Positions 18,868 through 29,248 of a stretch of DNA of 64,000 nt are shown piece after piece. The stretch covers positions 160,001 to 224,000 of the forward strand of contig CAVTUQ010000009.1 of NCBI GenBank assembly GCA_963737905.1, in the 5' to 3' direction. Position numbers and translations under genes: made by a program. The first letter of the stretch is position 1; each line of letters starts with the position of its first letter. The notes beneath the pieces were generated by a model, which searched no databases, was not told where the DNA came from, and worked only from the letters and a program-made list of their open reading frames with translations. The stretch is from an uncultured delta proteobacterium (GTDB taxonomy: Bacteria; Desulfobacterota; Binatia; UBA9968).

Positions 18868-19833
18868 GTGCTCATCAACTGTGTCGCTTATCAGAATGGT
18901 CGTAAACTTGCCGATATCCCGGTTCACCAGATTCATCTCTTTGTCAACGAGACCGACTGCTTTGTTTGGGTTGCTCTGAAAGATCCGGAGCCAGCGGAGC
19001 TCGAAGCCATGCAGAAAGAGTTCGGGCTGCATGAACTGGCCGTCGAAGATGCACAACATGGGCATCAGCGCCCCAAGATCGAAGAATACGGGCAATCGCT
19101 GTTCGTAGTCCTGCAGATGATTGAACCTTCCGACGGTGAGCTTAACATAGGCGAGGTGGCGATTTTCGCAGGAAAAAACTATGTCCTGTCCGTGCGCAGC
19201 GGAGCGGAGCGCGGATTTACGGACGTGCGTGACCGATGTGAAAGGGAACCGGAGCTACTGCAGCATGGGTCCGGATACGTGCTGTATGCGCTCATGGATG
19301 CAGTGGTGGATCGCTATTTTCCAATTCTTGATGCTCTGGAAACGCAGCTGGAGAGTATCGAGGACAGGATCTTTGCGAATCAGACGACGCGGTTAACTGT
19401 CGAGGACCTGTATGAGCAGAAAAGAAAGCTCATGATTCTCAAACACGCCACCGAGCCGTTGCTCGACGCGACGGGCAGGCTTTTCGGTGGTCGTGTGCCC
19501 CAGCTCTGCGCAGGTCTCCATGAGTATTTTCGCGATGTCTACGATCACCTATTACGACTCAATCAGTCCATCGACAGCCAGCGTGATATGGTCACCACGG
19601 CCATCTCCGTCAATCTGTCTCTAATCACCTTGCAGGAGAGCGAGGTCACCAAACGCCTCGCTGCCTATGCCGCCCTTGTAGCGGTGCCGACAATGATCGT
19701 GGGTGTCTACGGCATGAACTTTGATTACATGCCGGAATTGCGCTCGCCCTACGGCTATCCTCTAACCCTTGGTGTCATGGCCGCCCTCGACGCCTATCTA
19801 TTCTATCGTTTTCGTCAAGCCAAATGGCTCTAG
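18868..19833 (+). CDS. corA: Magnesium/cobalt transporter CorA
   Basis: LHELAVED..HQRPKIE, GVYGMNF signature, MPEL, two C-terminal TM helices. Confidence 0.95.
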   Translation: MLINCVAYQNGRKLADIPVHQIHLFVNETDCFVWVALKDPEPAELEAMQKEFGLHELAVEDAQHGHQRPKIEEYGQSLFVVLQMIEPSDGELNIGEVAIFAGKNYVLSVRSGAERGFTDVRDRCEREPELLQHGSGYVLYALMDAVVDRYFPILDALETQLESIEDRIFANQTTRLTVEDLYEQKRKLMILKHATEPLLDATGRLFGGRVPQLCAGLHEYFRDVYDHLLRLNQSIDSQRDMVTTAISVNLSLITLQESEVTKRLAAYAALVAVPTMIVGVYGMNFDYMPELRSPYGYPLTLGVMAALDAYLFYRFRQAKWL

Positions 19834-19884
19834 GGGGGATTATGCGCTAATGATTCAGCTGCAAGCGCTCCGGAGCGAGGTTTC

Positions 19885-19953
19885 GGCTCAAGGTTCAAAG
19901 TTCAATGTTCAAGGTCAGGCACGGGTTGAAACGTTGAACCTGGAACCTTGAAC
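19885..19953. repeat. 7-mer periodic inverted repeat (GTTCAAG / CTTGAAC)
   Basis: gctcaag-gttcaaa-gttcaat-gttcaag ... ttgaaac-gttgaac-ctggaac-cttgaac. Confidence 0.65.
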
Positions 19954-20060
19954 ATCCGCTTGTGTGCTCGTTCCTACCGGCTTGTCCCTGTATCAGTTGC
20001 TCTTTCTCACAGTCCTTTGATAGTCATGGAGCAGGTGTATCTGTGTACAGGAGGTGAAAC

Positions 20061-20879
20061 GTGGTCGAAATGAAAACCGTAATTCCCAAGCTCGATGAAG
20101 AAACCGGCGTCGCGTGGCTGACGTTGAATCGACCGGAAAAGAAGAACGCGATGAGCCGGGGTCTGATGTCGGAGCTGATCGCGCTTCTCAAGGAGCTTCG
20201 AGACAACGACAAGATTCGCTGTATTGTGACCACCGGTGCGGGCAATTCCTATTCTTCAGGGCTCGACCTTTATGATTTGCGGGAGAGTTGGAAACGCAAG
20301 CGAAGGTGGGACGAAGGCGGATCAACGTATGAGATCGTCAAGCTCCTGCGCAGCGCGCCGCAAGTGACCGTTGCCGCGATCAACGGCTGGTGTCTCGGTG
20401 GCGGTCTAGCTCTCCTGAACGGTCATGATCTTGCGGTATCGTGTGAGTCGGCAATGTTCGGCATGCCGGAGGTCATCCGGGGCAGTTATGGCGCCGTCGC
20501 GACTTCGACCTTGTTCCACAGTGGCATTCCGGTCAAGAAAGCATTTTATGTCCAGCTCACCGGCCGCAATTTAACTGCGGCAGAAGCGGAGCGGGTCGGC
20601 CTGGTTTCTCAGGTCGTGCCGGACAACCAGCTGATCCCCTACGTCGAACAGCTTGCGAAAGAAATTGGTTCTCGCAACGGAGCGACTCTGGAAAGCGCTA
20701 AGATCGCCGCCTATATGGAAAAGGATTTGGACTTCGATACGGCACTCAGAGCCGACGATTTGGTGTCCCATCGAATGAGATACTACACCAATCCATTGAA
20801 TGACGTGGAAGGCTATCTGCACTCCCAAAAGGGAGGCGGCACGACCGGTTATGTCAAGCCGGAGGATAGGAAGAAGTAG
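20061..20879 (+). CDS. Crotonase, p-hydroxycinnamoyl-CoA hydratase/lyase-like
   Basis: LNRPEKKNAMS, TGAGNSYSSGLDL, INGWCLGGG, FGMPE. Confidence 0.75.
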   Translation: MVEMKTVIPKLDEETGVAWLTLNRPEKKNAMSRGLMSELIALLKELRDNDKIRCIVTTGAGNSYSSGLDLYDLRESWKRKRRWDEGGSTYEIVKLLRSAPQVTVAAINGWCLGGGLALLNGHDLAVSCESAMFGMPEVIRGSYGAVATSTLFHSGIPVKKAFYVQLTGRNLTAAEAERVGLVSQVVPDNQLIPYVEQLAKEIGSRNGATLESAKIAAYMEKDLDFDTALRADDLVSHRMRYYTNPLNDVEGYLHSQKGGGTTGYVKPEDRKK

Positions 20880-20998
20880 ATTGAGTGTTGAGTCTTGAGT
20901 GTTGAGAAAGAAACTCGGAAGAAGGAGAAGCAGCAACACCGGGCGAAACTCGTCATTCAGGTTTCGTCAATCAGCAGTGTTTGTGTGGAGGAACTAAA

Positions 20999-22127
20999 AT
21001 GTTACGTACTCCGTTGTGTGATCTATTAGGTATCGACGTTCCCATCATTCAAGCCGGCATGGGCTGGGACAAGGAAGGAATGACAACACCGCCTGCGTTG
21101 GTGGCCGCGGTTTCGAATGCCGGAGGTCTGGGTTGTATCGGCGGCAGCTCCATACGGCCGGAAGTAATTCGCGAAAGAATACGGGCGGTGCGAAAGCTTA
21201 CGGATCGGCCGTTCGGTGTCGATATCACTTTGCCCAAGATGGAAGACGTCAAGATTCCCGACCCGGATGAAGTTCGCAAAGAAATCGAAGAAAAATATCC
21301 CAAGCATGCGAAATTTACCGACGAGCTGATACCCAAGCTGGGCTTGACGCCGCAGCCGCCGGATCGAAAGAGCTGGGTCAAAACGCCGGCGGCGACTCGC
21401 GAGCAGTTGAAAGTCATTCTGGAGGAGAAGGTGCCGATTCTCATCATCGGCCTCGGCGATACGGCGGAGGTCGTGCCGCTCGCCCACGATAGAGACATCA
21501 AGGTCATGGCGCTGGCGGGAGCGGTAAAGCATGCTTTAAGCCACGCGCGCAAAGGCTCCGACGTGATCATCGCCCAAGGTTACGAAGCGGGCGGGCACAC
21601 GGGAACGATCGGTAACTTTCCTTTGATCCCGCAGATCGTCGATGCGGTGAAACCCACTGCCCGTAGTCGCTGCCGGCGGTATCTGCGACGGCCGCGGGGT
21701 GGCCGCGGCGCTGGCTTTGGGCGCGGTTGGCGTGTGGTGCGGCACGGCATTCTTGGTGAGCCAGGAGTGCGGAATCAACCCGGTCTACAAAAAACAAATT
21801 TTGAACGGCAGCTCGGAGGACTTCGTCCGCACAGCCTATACGAGCGGTCATTACGCGCGACACTATCGAAGCCCGGTCATCAAGGCGTGGTTGGATTCTG
21901 GACTCGACGCGATGCCGACGCCATATCAGGGAAACGCCATGGACGAAATCCGCCGCGCCGCTGAAGCGGCCGACCGAGTGGATGTTTTGCACGTTCCCGG
22001 CGGCCAGGTCGCCGGTATGTTGAACGAGGAGAAAAGCGCCAAGCCCGCCAAGGAAATCGTCGAACGGATGGTTGAAGAGGCGGCGCGGATCTTAAATAAC
22101 ATTCGCAGTCAATACGTAGGAGCATGA
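20999..22127 (+). CDS. Nitronate monooxygenase / FabK-like flavoprotein (frameshift near 21655)
   Basis: LGIDVPIIQAGMG, AAVSNAGGLG, AQGYEAGGHTG, then PVVAAGGI.DGRG.AAALALGA, GQVAG. Confidence 0.85.
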
Positions 22128-22137
22128 GAAGACAAAA

Positions 22138-22281
22138 ACCGAAAATTCGAATATCGAAATCCGAAACAAATCTGAAAACTCAAATCCCAATAACGAAATC
22201 CAAAACGGACTTGTTTGGAGCTTTCAGAATTTCGATCATTTGAATTTGTTTCGAATTTCGGATTTCGTGCTTCGGATTTTG
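22138..22281. repeat. 7-mer periodic inverted repeat (CGAAATC / GATTTCG)
   Basis: cgaaaattcgaatatcgaaatccgaaacaaatc ... tttcgaatttcggatttcgtgcttcggattt. Confidence 0.7.
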
Positions 22282-22329
22282 ATACAGCACAGTTCTTAAG
22301 ATTAGGAAAAGGGGATTTAAGGCAGGACT

Positions 22330-24727
22330 ATGAGCGTAGCATTTCTCGAAGGCTATCGGGCGCTGGACTTGACGACACTAAGCGGACAATTGTGCGGCCG
22401 CGTGCTTACGGATCTGGGCATGGAAGTGATCAAGATCGAACCGCCCGGCGGCGACCCGGTGCGCTGTGTGCCCCCGTTCGCAAAATCGGTTGATGGCAAA
22501 CAGCTCAGCACAACTTTTGCGCACCTCAACGCGGGCAAAGCGAGCAAGGTGCTCGACCTCGATCGTGAGGCGGACCGCGCCGAGCTCCAACGGATGGTTG
22601 AAACTGCCGACGTGGTGCTAGAGAGTTTTCAGCCGGGAGAGCTGGAGGCCAAGGGCCTCGGTTACAAAGCGTTGGCGGCAATCAATCCCGGCATCGTCAT
22701 GGCTTCGATCACCGGCTTCGGCCAGACGGGACCAAAGAAAAATCTTCAGTGCAACGATCTCGTCGCGCTAGCCGAGAGCGGGTTTTTGTATATCTCCGGC
22801 GATCCCTCGTTGCCGCCTTGCCGGCCGCCGGAGACGCAAGCGTATTATTTCGCGAGTTTGTTTGCCGCCGCCGGCGTACTGGCGGCTCTCTACCGGCGCG
22901 AGCGAACCGGGCAAGGAGATCACGTCGATTCGTCGATGCAAGAAACCTTGGCCACGCAAGAGCATATCATTCGGCTCTGGGCGAACGAGAACCAGATTTC
23001 CCAGCGCGCGGGGAGCCAGCACGGCTCCGTGGCGCCGGCGAAGATTTTTTCCTCCAAGGACGGCTTCGTCTATCTCTACGTGACCCGGCAGCATTGGAAG
23101 CTGTTCCTGACAATCTGGAAAGATCATGCCCCGGTGTTCGACGCGCCGGAGTGGCTCAATAACCTCTATCGCCGCGCCCATGCGGATGAGCTCAATCAGG
23201 CTGTCCAGGCCTTCGTCGGCAAATTTACCATGGCTGAGGTCACGGAGCTGCTGCAAGCGAAGGGCATTCCTTGCGTTCCGGTCAATACGCCGTTGGGGTT
23301 TGCCAATGACGAGCATGTGCGGGGCCGGGGCTTCATGGCGCCCGTGGAGCACGTTGGTTTCGGCAGCGCCGAGCAGCCGGCGATGCCGTTCGTCATCGAC
23401 GGCGCCCGGCCAACGGTTGGTAGCGTACCGGTTCTGGATAGCTGGCGAAACAACAAACACCCCACTTCTAAAGACCTGGTTCCCTCGCCCGCCTCGGGAG
23501 AGGGAAAGGGTGAGGGCAGCGCAAGCGGCAACGGTCCTTTGGACGGCATGCGCATCGTCAGTTTTGATCACGTGCTCGCCGCGCCTTATGGCACAACGAT
23601 CCTGGCGGAGCTGGGTGCGGACGTTATCAAAGTCGAATCGAGTAAAGGTGGCATGGACCCGTTTCGTTTCTTCGGCACGGGAGAAGATCCCAATGTTTCG
23701 CCGCGCTTTCTAGAATTCAACCGCAACAAAAGATCCTTCACGGTGAATCTCAAGCATCCGAAGGGGCCAAGAGTGCTACACGATCTGGTCGCGAAGGCCG
23801 ACGCCGTGCTCGATAATTACAGCGTTGACGTGGTCGAGCGGATCGGATTGGGTTATGAGGATCTCCGCAAAGTCAAGCCGGATATTATCAATCTGCGGAT
23901 GCCCGGTCTGGGTACCACGGGGCCAAAGCGCCATTTCTCGACCGTGGGTGTGAACATCACGGCATTCACCGGACTCACATATTTGTGGAATCATCCGGGC
24001 GTCACCGATCCGCCCGTTGGTTCGCAGACGGTGTTCCCAGATTACGTGTCGGGAGTGTTATGCGCGATCATCATCATATCCGGGGTGCTTTATCGCGATC
24101 GCCAAAAGAGGGGCGCGTTCATCGACCTGGCCCAATCTGAAGCGACGGCATTCATGATCGGCGCGAATCTCATGGAAGCGGCGGCGAGCGGCAAGGGTCC
24201 GCAGCCGATCGGCAATGCGTCATTTTCCATAGCACCGCACGATTGCTACCCGTGCAAGGGTGAGGATCGCTGGTGCGTCATTGCCACGGAAACCGACCAG
24301 CAGTGGGCGGCCTTAGCGCGCATCCTAGGCGTCGAAGCAGGACCAGCGTTTTAAGACCAACGCCGACAGGCTGAAAAACCGTGATGCGTTGAACGCACTG
24401 ATAACGCAATGGACGAAGGATCAAGAGGCTTTTGCGATCCGCGATCTACTGCAAAAGGCCCGTGTCCCTGCCGGAGTCGTGCAAACCGGCGAGGATCTGA
24501 CTAATGATCCGCACCTTAAGGAGCGGGGCTTCATTGTTGCGGTGGAAAATCCACGACTCGGCCGTGTGGTGCTGCCCAATTTTCCTTTGCAATTCGCCAA
24601 CGCAAAGCTGACGCGCCGTTGGGAGTTTCCCGTCCTGGGACGCGACACGGAGGCGGTGCTGCGTGATGTGGTCGGTTACAGCGAGGAAACGGTCAAACAG
24701 CTTGGGAGTGAGGGAGTGTTGGAGTAG
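22330..24727 (+). CDS. Family III CoA-transferase (CaiB/BaiF), two fused domains (frameshift near 24340)
   Basis: Domain 1: LGMEVIKIEPPGGDP, NAGK. Domain 2: GPLDGMRIVSFDHVLAAP, LGADVIKVES, NRNKRS, PDY. C-terminus PVLGRDT. Confidence 0.85.
23480..23516. repeat. REP-like CCCTCGCCC...GGGAGAGGG..GGGTGAGGG element in-frame within CDS linker
   Basis: tccctcgcccgcctcgggagagggaaagggtgaggg; intergenic relatives at 8460-8483 and 10815-10840. Confidence 0.6.
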
Positions 24728-24749
24728 AGGGAGTTGGAGTATTGGAGTG

Positions 24750-25794
24750 ATGTTTCCAATGAGCCTAGTTCTATTGAGTCTGATTTGTTTGTTTGGCATG
24801 ACTTCGTCGCTTGCGGCGCAAACGAAATCGGTAGCGGATCTCGCCAACTATCGCGGTGTGGACCGCGAGGAAATGCTCAAGGCCGGCGCCAGGAACGAAG
24901 GAAAGTTGGTCTGGTATACAAGCCTCACCGCGCACCGTGACATCGCCAATGTGTTTGAGAGCAAAATATCCCGGCATCAAAGTGGAGACCTATCGCGCCG
25001 GTCCCACGGATCTCTCAAGAAGACTTTTGACTGAGGCCGAGGCACGACGAAGTATCGCAGATCTGATCGAGACGACTCCTGCGACACTGATGCTGATGCG
25101 CGACAACAAACTTCTCATGCCGTATTTTTCGCCGCACCTAGCCGCTTTTCCGGATGAATCGAAAGAGACGGCCGACAAGTCCAAGGTGTATTGGACCACC
25201 GATCGCGAGTCGATGGTGAGCCTTGGATACAACACCAATATGATCCGGCCAGCCGCGGTTCCCAAGAGCTTTGCCGAGCTGGTGAAGCCCGAAAACAGAG
25301 GCAAAATAGCCGTCAGCGGGGACACCACCGGAGTCCGCATGATCGGCGCGATGATCTACGCCAAAGGGGGAGAGTACGTCAAGCAGCTCAAGACCCTGGA
25401 CGTCAAAATGCACATGATTTCCGGCGGGGCGATGCACGAACTGTTGGCGGCCGGCGAGATGCCCATGTCTATATCGATCTTTCGCAATCATGTACTCGCC
25501 GCGCATCCGAAAGGCGCTCCGACGCAGTGGGTTCCGCTGGACTTGGTTCCCACTAACGCCGGAGGCGTTGCTCTACCGGCGGCGACCAACCATCCATACG
25601 CCGCGATATTGTTCGCAGATTTCCTGATCAGTCCCGAAGGGCAGAAGATTTTTGAAGAGAAGTTTCGCTTCGCGGTTCCCACCAAAAACTACGGCTTCAA
25701 ACGCTGGTATCCGGAGAAAGGTCTCACGACAGAGCAGTATGAGAAGGCCGAGGATCGCTGGAAGAAGCTGTTGATGGATATAGTGCGAAGATAA
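24750..25794 (+). CDS. Extracellular solute-binding protein (Fe(III)/AfuA-like, SBP_bac_6) (frameshift near 24962)
   Basis: Signal peptide, EGKLVWYTS, KYPGIKVE, LGYNT, HPYAAILFADFLISPEGQ. Confidence 0.8.
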
Positions 25795-25866
25795 GCCACT
25801 GGGTTTTCCTGCATGATTGGATAGGCCCAGCTCCGTCGTCGCGGTGGGATCACAAATCGCGAAAAT

Positions 25867-25898
25867 GTCATTCCGAGCGCGGAGCGAGGAATATCTCT
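25867..25898. repeat. GTCATTCCGAGC...GAGGAA(T)CT REP-like palindrome
   Basis: gtcattccgagcgcggagcgaggaatatctc resembles a widespread interspersed palindromic repeat. Confidence 0.45.
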
Positions 25899-26024
25899 TG
25901 ATGTACAGGCGAGCCGCTATGTAATTTGACAGTCTTCGGGTGCGGGAGTAGGGATAGGGTTGCGCGATTCCACTCGCGCGAATCCAACAAACGAACGTTT
26001 ATAAATCAGAAGGAGGAAAGGACC

Positions 26025-26846
26025 ATGGCAGACTATCAAACTCTTTTAGTTGACAACAAGGACGGGGTGACGACGATTACATTGAATCGTCCAGAGAAGC
26101 GCAATGCGATGAGCCCGCAGCTTCACCGCGAGATGTATGATTGTTTAACCGATCTCCGCTACGACAAGGATACTCGCGTGATCATTATTACTGGAGCCGG
26201 CGAGAGTTTCTGCGCGGGGCAGGATTTGAAGCAATATTTTATCGAGATGGATTCTCAGCCGGAGCGCGTGCGGGACGAGGTGCGGGAAAAATCGCGCCAG
26301 TGGCGGAATGAGATCCTGCGCAAAATGCCGCAGCCGGTGATTGCTCGTATCAATGGCTGGGTCTTCGGTGGTGGATTCACCGTTGTCACAGGGTGTGACA
26401 TCGCGATCGCGGCCGACGACGTACAGTTCGGACTGTCGGAAGTCAATTTTGGACATTTTCCAGGCGGCGAAGTGACGATTGTCTTGACCGAGCATCTTCA
26501 GCCGAAGCACGGGCTCTACTACGCGCTCACGGGGAAAACCATGAACGCCAAAGAAGCAGAACGCATCGGCTTGATTACCAAGGCGGTGCCGCGGGCCGAT
26601 CTAGACAAAGAAGTGATGGAGATTGCGAACAACCTGAAAGAAAAAGCGCCGTCGGCGCTGAACGCGGTCAAGGAAGCGTGGTACTACACGTTCTATTCCA
26701 ATCCGGAAGTCGCCTATGAAATCTCCGGGTTGATTTCCGATAAAGCCAAACTTGCGATCGGCGGGCGCCCGGGGTTGCAGCAGTTCGCGCGTAAAGAATA
26801 CCGGCCAGGACTCGGTTCGTACAAGTTTGAAGAGAAGAAAGAGTAG
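26025..26846 (+). CDS. p-hydroxycinnamoyl-CoA (feruloyl-CoA) hydratase/lyase-like crotonase
   Basis: LNRPEKRNAMSP, AGQDLKQYF, NGWVFGGG, FGLSEVNFG..PGG, C-terminal YRPGLGSY resembling the HCHL KPGL..Y tail; AGGAGG RBS. Confidence 0.8.
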   Translation: MADYQTLLVDNKDGVTTITLNRPEKRNAMSPQLHREMYDCLTDLRYDKDTRVIIITGAGESFCAGQDLKQYFIEMDSQPERVRDEVREKSRQWRNEILRKMPQPVIARINGWVFGGGFTVVTGCDIAIAADDVQFGLSEVNFGHFPGGEVTIVLTEHLQPKHGLYYALTGKTMNAKEAERIGLITKAVPRADLDKEVMEIANNLKEKAPSALNAVKEAWYYTFYSNPEVAYEISGLISDKAKLAIGGRPGLQQFARKEYRPGLGSYKFEEKKE

Positions 26847-26943
26847 AGCCAGACGTCAGATGTCAGAAGTCGGAGGTCAGACTCGAAACTCGGAAATTCT
26901 TTGTCTGATTTCTGACCTCTGATCTTCGACTTCCGATCTCTGG
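26847..26943. repeat. 7-mer periodic inverted repeat (TCAGAxG / CxTCTGA)
   Basis: ccagacg-tcagatg-tcagaag-tcggagg-tcaga ... tctgatt-tctgacc-tctgatc-ttcgact-tccgatc-tctg. Confidence 0.75.
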
Positions 26944-26953
26944 GAGAACCATC

Positions 26954-28108
26954 ATGGATTTCAATTTGCCTGAAGAATTGCAGATGCTCAAAGACACGCT
27001 GCGGAAGTTCGTCGACAAAGAGCTGATTCCCATCGAGATGCATACGCTTGAGAACATGGAGCTGAAGACGGACATCCGCGAGCGCCTCGAGAAGAAAACC
27101 AAAGAGATGGGGCTGTGGATGTTTGACGTGCCCGAAGAGTATGGAGGCGGCGGACTGGGTAGTCTCGCGCAGGTCTTGGTGTGGGAAGAACTCGCCCGTA
27201 CCGTCGCGTTGCCGTCACGCGGCCAGGGGATCTTCGGGCCGGATATCCGGCCGATCTTGTATGCATTGAATGACGACCAGAAGAAACGTTTTATGGATCC
27301 CATTTTGCGCGGCGAGAAAAAGCTCTGCTTCATGCAGACCGAACCGGATGCGGGTTCTGATCCGGCTTCGATGAAGACACGCGCCGTGCGTCAGGGAGAT
27401 TATTACATCATCAACGGTACCAAGCGCTTTATCACTGGGGCAGGGGACGCCGACTTCGGCCAGTTGATGGCCGTTACCGATCCCGCGAAGGCGGCTCACG
27501 GCGGCATCTCCTGTTTCATGATCGATATGAAATCGCCCGGACTCACGCTGGTCACGAAGTTCAAAACCATCATGGGCGAGGAACCCTGGCAGATCGCCTT
27601 CGACGACATGAAAGTCCCGGTGGAAAATCTCGTCGGCAAAGAAGGCGAAGGATTCAAACTAGCGCAGAAATGGTTAGGCATCGGCCGGCTGAAACATGGG
27701 GCGCGCGCCTTGGGTGTCGCCGAGCGCTGCATCGAAATGGGCGCCCGCTATTCTAAACAACGGGTGACCTTCGGCAAGCCGTTATCGGAACGCCAGGGCA
27801 TTACTTTCAAACTGGCGGACTCTTACGTCGAGCTTCACGCCGCTCGCCTGATGGTCTATCAAGCCGCTTGGAAAAACGATCAGAAGCAAGATATCCGCAA
27901 CGAGGCCTACATGGCGAAGCTTTTCGCCGACGAGATGTCATTCCGCGTCGTTGACCGCGTGTTGCAGATCCACGGCGGCATCGGCCTCACGTTGGATCTT
28001 CCCTTGGCGAAATGGTTTGTCGATCAGCGCAGCCGCATGATCACCGAAGGCGCCTCAGAGGTCATGCGCATGGTCATCGCCCGGGAAGTGCTAAAGAGGT
28101 ACAACTAA
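26954..28108 (+). CDS. Acyl-CoA dehydrogenase
   Basis: QTEPDAGSD, INGTKRFIT, RVTFGKPL, QIHGG, ITEGASE. Confidence 0.93.
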   Translation: MDFNLPEELQMLKDTLRKFVDKELIPIEMHTLENMELKTDIRERLEKKTKEMGLWMFDVPEEYGGGGLGSLAQVLVWEELARTVALPSRGQGIFGPDIRPILYALNDDQKKRFMDPILRGEKKLCFMQTEPDAGSDPASMKTRAVRQGDYYIINGTKRFITGAGDADFGQLMAVTDPAKAAHGGISCFMIDMKSPGLTLVTKFKTIMGEEPWQIAFDDMKVPVENLVGKEGEGFKLAQKWLGIGRLKHGARALGVAERCIEMGARYSKQRVTFGKPLSERQGITFKLADSYVELHAARLMVYQAAWKNDQKQDIRNEAYMAKLFADEMSFRVVDRVLQIHGGIGLTLDLPLAKWFVDQRSRMITEGASEVMRMVIAREVLKRYN

Positions 28109-28113
28109 GGAAA

Positions 28114-28210
28114 AGTTCAAAACGTTCAAGTCGTTCAAGAAGTTCAAGCCGTTTGGGACTCAGCTGTGGAATTTAATCACGCTTTGAACGGCTTGCGTGG
28201 ATTGAACAGT
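28114..28210. repeat. GTTCAA/TTGAAC 9-mer inverted repeat
   Basis: gttcaaaac-gttcaagtc-gttcaagaa-gttcaagcc ... ttgaacggc...ttgaacag. Confidence 0.65.
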
Positions 28211-28215
28211 TAGCC

Positions 28216-28536
28216 TCACCACTTCGGCGCGGCGCGCCAGAGGACAAGGGCGGCAAGAAAACCAGCACCAACCAACGCTGCTACGGCAAAGGGTAAAAGA
28301 ACATAACCCTCGGCAAAGCCCGTGAGCACCACCGTAAACCAGAGCACCGCGAACCTTAACCAGATGTGAAGTGAGAACACTTTCTGATTTCGCTTGCGAA
28401 TCAGAAAAAGCCAGTCACGATCGGTAAAAGCGCGTCGCCCTCGGATCCGCCGTATCAATATCACCCATGCAATCACCGCGGGAATTAACAATAGGCCGTT
28501 GGTTGCCTGCCAAATTAGGATGTCGGCGATTGTCAT
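28216..28536 (-). CDS. Hypothetical small membrane protein
   Basis: 106-aa ORF with about 3 hydrophobic segments; no family recognised. Confidence 0.5.
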   Translation of the reverse strand: MTIADILIWQATNGLLLIPAVIAWVILIRRIRGRRAFTDRDWLFLIRKRNQKVFSLHIWLRFAVLWFTVVLTGFAEGYVLLPFAVAALVGAGFLAALVLWRAAPKW

Positions 28537-28787
28537 TGCAGCTTGGAATCAAGAAATTTCTGAGGGTTACCTGTGGCTGCAGAAGGCTTTTGCATGAGTT
28601 TTTTGCGGCTAGGATCGTCTCAGCTGGCAACTTCGCCAAAGCATCAGGAGCATTCGCGCTTCGACCACTGTTTTTACCGAATTTGCCAATTCGTAATAGT
28701 AGCCCCCCTCACTGAGGTCGCCGGCAACCCATATCAGTTAACCCAACGGGAATCTACTCCTGTTCGCGAGCTTTTTGTTATTGACGA

Positions 28788-29000
28788 GTGATGCTCCTTT
28801 ATGCCAAAATTCCGCCAGAAATTTATGGAGCATATATGTCGGGAACTGTCGTTGTGGGCTGGGGCGACTCTCGAGTTTTTCCTGTCCATTTTACCATCGG
28901 TTTTGTCTTTTCGAATCGCGCGGGCGAAACCGACGGTGCGGTCGAAGTTACTATCCGTGTTCTAGTTCTAGGATGGGTTAAAGTTAAAGCTAAGTTCTAA
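28788..29000 (+). CDS. Hypothetical protein
   Basis: 70-aa beta-rich ORF; no family recognised. Confidence 0.3.
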   Translation: MMLLYAKIPPEIYGAYMSGTVVVGWGDSRVFPVHFTIGFVFSNRAGETDGAVEVTIRVLVLGWVKVKAKF

Positions 29001-29005
29001 CTCGG

Positions 29006-29248
29006 TTAGGTAGCTGGCGACGGATACTGAATCGCTAATGTGATCAGCTTTGCGATTCGGTGATATCGTTGAAACCACTCGTATGGAATTACGAGCTCGG
29101 CTCTCTTTTTTTCAGCAAAGTTAATGAGAATGCATCTGGGATTAGGACTATCAGGATTCTGGGTGTCTGGCTGGGCGATATACCAGTCAAAATACCCGTG
29201 TTTCTCTAATATCTGCTGAATCATTGCTCGTTTATTTGGATAGTTCAC
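29006..29248 (-). CDS. Hypothetical protein
   Basis: 80-aa ORF, GTG start preceded by GGGGGA RBS. Confidence 0.45.
   Translation of the reverse strand: MNYPNKRAMIQQILEKHGYFDWYIAQPDTQNPDSPNPRCILINFAEKKRAELVIPYEWFQRYHRIAKLITLAIQYPSPAT

Noticed and set aside
1910-28210. CRISPR array from the many short repeats
   Set aside because: Units are 7-9 nt, tandem and inverted, with no unique 30-40 nt spacers and no cas genes
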